Assembly: GCA_020351915.1 (NCBI GenBank)
Contig: CP070673.1
Span: 4,986,278 to 5,029,102 of the forward strand
DNA: 42,825 nucleotides
Source of the DNA: Deltaproteobacteria bacterium
Lineage (GTDB): Bacteria > Desulfobacterota > DSM-4660 > Desulfatiglandales > B25-G16
Direction: 5' to 3'
The position numbers and the translations under genes were made by a program. Positions 39,848 through 42,825 of the stretch are shown one piece after another. Position 1 is the first letter of the stretch. Each line of letters starts with the position of its first letter. The notes under the pieces are model-generated. The model was not told where the DNA came from. It ran no database searches and was given only the letters and a program-made list of their open reading frames with translations.

Positions 39848-40411
39848 CTATGACTCGACCAAGATGATTGAATTCTGACCACCGAAATCATCTCGCTCCC
39901 TGGTCGGTACGGTTGGGTCAGCAAATCTCTCCTGACCCTCGAGGATATAAGTGAACCGGTGTTCTCCCTCTGGGAGATTAAGGGTAATCTCCCAGTAGCC
40001 GGTGGAGCCAGTCCTTTTCATAGGGATCTTCTTCCATTCGGTGAAACTACCGGTGATCTCTGCCCTGATCACATCAGGCCGGTAAAAGACGAACCTGTAG
40101 GGGACAGCGGTGTGCACTTGAGAAGGCATGGAAAAGAACAAAATGATAAGCACTCCTGCAACTGCTGAGGCAACCAGGCCCATGGGACGCAAGAGAGGCG
40201 TGAACAGGGAAGAGAAAAAGCCTTTGCTCACTTTTAACTTAACTGGCGGAACATGGTCCACCACTTCCGAGCGGATTACCCTTTCCTGATTCAAAAGCTC
40301 AACGGACTCTTCCTTAAAGGTCTTGTCGGAATGTACCCTTTCAACAAATTCTATCTTGTCGTCGATGCCTAGCTCGTTGTCGATGAACATGCTAATCATA
40401 TCATCCATCAT
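39848..40411 (-). CDS. Putative anti-sigma factor: N-terminal cytoplasmic domain, one TM helix, CBM48/AMPK1-type domain
   Basis: ISMFIDNEL (anti-sigma-like, no HxxxCxxC); TM GLVASAVAGVLIILFF; AEITGSFTEW..IPM..GYWEITLNLPEGEHRFTYIL..ADP...DDFGGQNSIILV; ATGA-type 4-nt overlap with the sigma gene. Confidence 0.8.
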   Translation of the reverse strand: MMDDMISMFIDNELGIDDKIEFVERVHSDKTFKEESVELLNQERVIRSEVVDHVPPVKLKVSKGFFSSLFTPLLRPMGLVASAVAGVLIILFFSMPSQVHTAVPYRFVFYRPDVIRAEITGSFTEWKKIPMKRTGSTGYWEITLNLPEGEHRFTYILEGQERFADPTVPTRERDDFGGQNSIILVES

Positions 40412-40884
40412 AATTCTCCTGTTTGGAGGATTTCTTTTAGTTTGCGGCGGGCACGGTGAACCTTTACCTTCACATTGGCCTCGCTTATGCCCGCAATTAA
40501 GGCAATTTTCCGGTAGGTGAACTCCCCAGTTACGACAAGGGCCAGTATATCTCTTTCACTTTTGTCCAGCCTCTGCATGGCCGAAAGGACCCGGCGATAT
40601 TCCTCACGAATCATAAGGACATTTTCCTGATCACGAGAGCAGTCCTCTTGGCCTGCCTCAAACTGGGGGTTGTTCCAGTGTCTTCCTGTATTATCGAAAA
40701 GTGCATTCCGCGCTATGGTGTACAGGAGTGCGGAGCTCTGTGCTTCACGTCCGTAATGCTCCAGGTAGCGTGTGAAACTCTCCTGCATAATATCGCTCGA
40801 TAGGTAGTAGTCCCCTGTCATTCGCATGAGGTATGCGAAGAGCTTGCCCCTTTGTTCCTCGTAGAATGACCCGTATTCATCCAT
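40408..40884 (-). CDS. ECF (sigma-70 group 4) RNA polymerase sigma factor
   Basis: Region 2 DIMQESFTR...LLYTIARN; region 4 FTYRKIA...SEANVKVKVHRARRKL. Confidence 0.95.
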   Translation of the reverse strand: MDEYGSFYEEQRGKLFAYLMRMTGDYYLSSDIMQESFTRYLEHYGREAQSSALLYTIARNALFDNTGRHWNNPQFEAGQEDCSRDQENVLMIREEYRRVLSAMQRLDKSERDILALVVTGEFTYRKIALIAGISEANVKVKVHRARRKLKEILQTGEL

Positions 40885-40891
40885 ATCTTTT

Positions 40892-40921
40892 TTATAACGC
40901 ACCGGAAATAAAAAGGTTACA
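40892..40921 (-). promoter_or_regulatory. Putative autoregulatory ECF sigma promoter
   Basis: TGTAACCTTT-TTATTTCCGGTG-CGTTATAA; contains the AAC (-35) and CGT (-10) cores common to ECF promoters. Confidence 0.75.
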
Positions 40922-41393
40922 CAATTTTACAAATATTTTTGAGCCTGCCATATGCTTCATTGGATAAGCTCAGGGTGAATCACCCCCAATAGGAATAGGG
41001 AGTTTCTTTCAATGGAGTTTCAAAGATCAAAGGTAATGAATGACTACGGTCAAAGGGCTTTGTGCCGGTGATTTTTCGAGGGTGAAAATTTTTTCCGGAA
41101 AATTTTTGATATACTCTTAACACAAAGTGGCCAGATCGTAGAGCCGAAAATTCCAGATTGTGTGCCACTACCCAGAGTTTTTGGAAAGTAGGTATATCAC
41201 TGGGAAATCAAGAACCTAACCAGCTTGCAATTTCGATTCTCTTTGTCACTCTTTTGCGAAGCACCCCGCGGACTATTCTCGGTTTCCAGTATCGGTATGC
41301 AGTCACCAAGGGTCGCTGCTATTTCATTTTCTATTATAAAAGATGGGTAGGGTTATGAAGGGAGCGGCTCATGTTCCCCAATGTCCGCTTTCC

Positions 41394-42825
41394 TCACCGC
41401 GGAGAAGAGCTCCCCTCGGATTCTTCAAAAAATAAATTCTCAATAAGGTGGACTACTGCCTCTGCTTTTTTCAGGTCTAAAACCGTGGCATGAGCAAAAA
41501 TCTTGATGGGAGTGGACAGTGCCTTTTCTATCATTGTTTCACGGAGTGGTTCGATCCTGGCCTGAGCCTCAGCAAAGCTCTTTTGAGAAGCAAATTGCTG
41601 AAAGATCTCTTGCTCAGTGTCTATGTAGTGTTCTCTCTGTGTGGTCTTGAAATCCCGCCAGAGGTTCTTATCCTTCTGAACCTTTGCCAATGATGCCCTC
41701 ACGAGATTGGCAATTTCATTTTTAAAGATAGGGAACCGCTGCTGTGCAATTGTTTTTTCATCTTCCCCTAATGTCGCCAGTAGATCCATGAAGAGCTCTC
41801 TGGTAACGGAGTCGTGTATTTTTTCCTTTATGGTTCCTGAGTCCAGGTCGAATAACAATTCACTGTAGTCAGGTCGTACAATGCACAAAAGGGAGCTTGC
41901 AAAAAAGCTCTGATGCCCACGGCATTTCTGTCCGGCATCATCGATAGCCTCAACATCAAATGTCAACGAGATACGGTCACAATAGTCCTGTTCGGTAAAT
42001 CCGTCGAACATGAGGCAGCTTTTAAGGGGAAGATCATTTGCGATGCTCTGCTCTAGTATCTTTGTTTCCTGGCCTTTGGTTATGGTGGCGGACAAGTTGA
42101 CCGGAGCAACCAGAGCATTAGTACGCATGTTACAAAAGATGGGTTCAGCAACGTAGCCCAATTTATAATTGATGACAAATCCAACGATGAGTGAGTTGGG
42201 ATCATTAGGATCTCCAATGGGTCTACCATGAACAAACACGCGTCGGTCCCAAAGGGCTTCAATTTCGTCCTGAGTGGGATTTTCGTCGATTACCTGCACA
42301 TCTTTGTAGGCTTCTGTAACACCTTGAATGAATTGTCCTTGGTTTTGAGTGCCCATAGCCGTATATGCGTATCCTTGGTGTAAAAAGGGAAACACTTCGA
42401 TTGCTGGTCTGCCGAGTTGAATACCAATGGTCCTGGAGCAGTCCGGCCTTTCTAATTCAACCGTAACAGTGCGAGCATAGGAATTTTCGGAAATAAGGAA
42501 GTGCACAGGCACGGAGATTGACCCGGTATTCTGAGGACATAATCTGTGTGCAAAGCTGGAATTATCTCGCGGATCGTGGTAGGGATGTCCATCAACTAAT
42601 ACCGTAAAGCGCGGTATGTAGTTACATGCCCAGGAAAATTTGAGCTCATAGCGATCACATCTCACTTTAGGTTGGGAACCGAGGGCAAATCTGCTCTGGA
42701 AATTACAGTGATCAATGGTCAAGTCACGAACATCGGGCCCCGGCGTTAGGAGCTCAACATAGCAGACGGAATAATCCGACAATCCAGTGCTGTCACTGTC
42801 AAATACCCCTAAGTTTTCATAACGC
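41394..42825 (-). CDS. Hypothetical protein, C-terminal part (frame open to the window edge)
   Basis: At least 462 codons open; the frame has no stop upstream of TTG 42782 up to the edge; no recognised motif. Confidence 0.7.
   Translation of the reverse strand, partial: RYENLGVFDSDSTGLSDYSVCYVELLTPGPDVRDLTIDHCNFQSRFALGSQPKVRCDRYELKFSWACNYIPRFTVLVDGHPYHDPRDNSSFAHRLCPQNTGSISVPVHFLISENSYARTVTVELERPDCSRTIGIQLGRPAIEVFPFLHQGYAYTAMGTQNQGQFIQGVTEAYKDVQVIDENPTQDEIEALWDRRVFVHGRPIGDPNDPNSLIVGFVINYKLGYVAEPIFCNMRTNALVAPVNLSATITKGQETKILEQSIANDLPLKSCLMFDGFTEQDYCDRISLTFDVEAIDDAGQKCRGHQSFFASSLLCIVRPDYSELLFDLDSGTIKEKIHDSVTRELFMDLLATLGEDEKTIAQQRFPIFKNEIANLVRASLAKVQKDKNLWRDFKTTQREHYIDTEQEIFQQFASQKSFAEAQARIEPLRETMIEKALSTPIKIFAHATVLDLKKAEAVVHLIENLFFEESEGSSSPR

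Noticed and set aside
33120-42825. att-site duplication of the tmRNA 3' end or an integrated prophage
   Set aside because: No second copy of CGCCTCCACCA and no integrase or phage gene seen in the window.

Overview
This 42.8-kb window looks like a deltaproteobacterial (Desulfobacterota-type) chromosome segment; the taxon is inferred from gene content and synteny. Bases 1-33144 are mostly housekeeping genes: a partial GAF-domain GspE/PilB-type ATPase, tatC/tatB, a SPOR protein, argS, alr, recD2, a GalT-like protein, an HD protein, a radical SAM/SPASM enzyme, a stand-alone GlmU-like nucleotidyltransferase, a second GspE/PilB ATPase, recN, acyP, ligA, a nucleoside phosphorylase, the ffh-rpsP-khpA-rimM-trmD-SPOUT-rplS-rnhB-yraN-rsmI cluster, a fused HPr-EI PTS protein, smpB and tmRNA. 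Downstream of tmRNA is an accessory, partly decayed region. The main leads are: (1) a four-gene ECF sigma module whose putative anti-sigma factor and lipoprotein both carry CBM48/AMPK-type glycogen-binding domains, with an identical TGTAACCTTT-N12-CGTTATAA promoter motif in front of both the sigma gene and the last, secreted-protein gene; (2) a MITE family (two ~200-bp copies and one 42-bp copy) with 12-bp TIRs and oriented 4-bp WTGA target duplications; (3) an unannotated ~57-codon ORF with an in-frame TGA (candidate selenoprotein) interrupted just before its stop by one MITE copy; (4) a radical SAM enzyme resembling membrane-spanning lipid synthases; (5) several pseudogenes, including an internally collapsed pmbA. 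No CRISPR array, rRNA, tRNA, integrase or transposase was seen. Family assignments come from motif recognition, not database searches.
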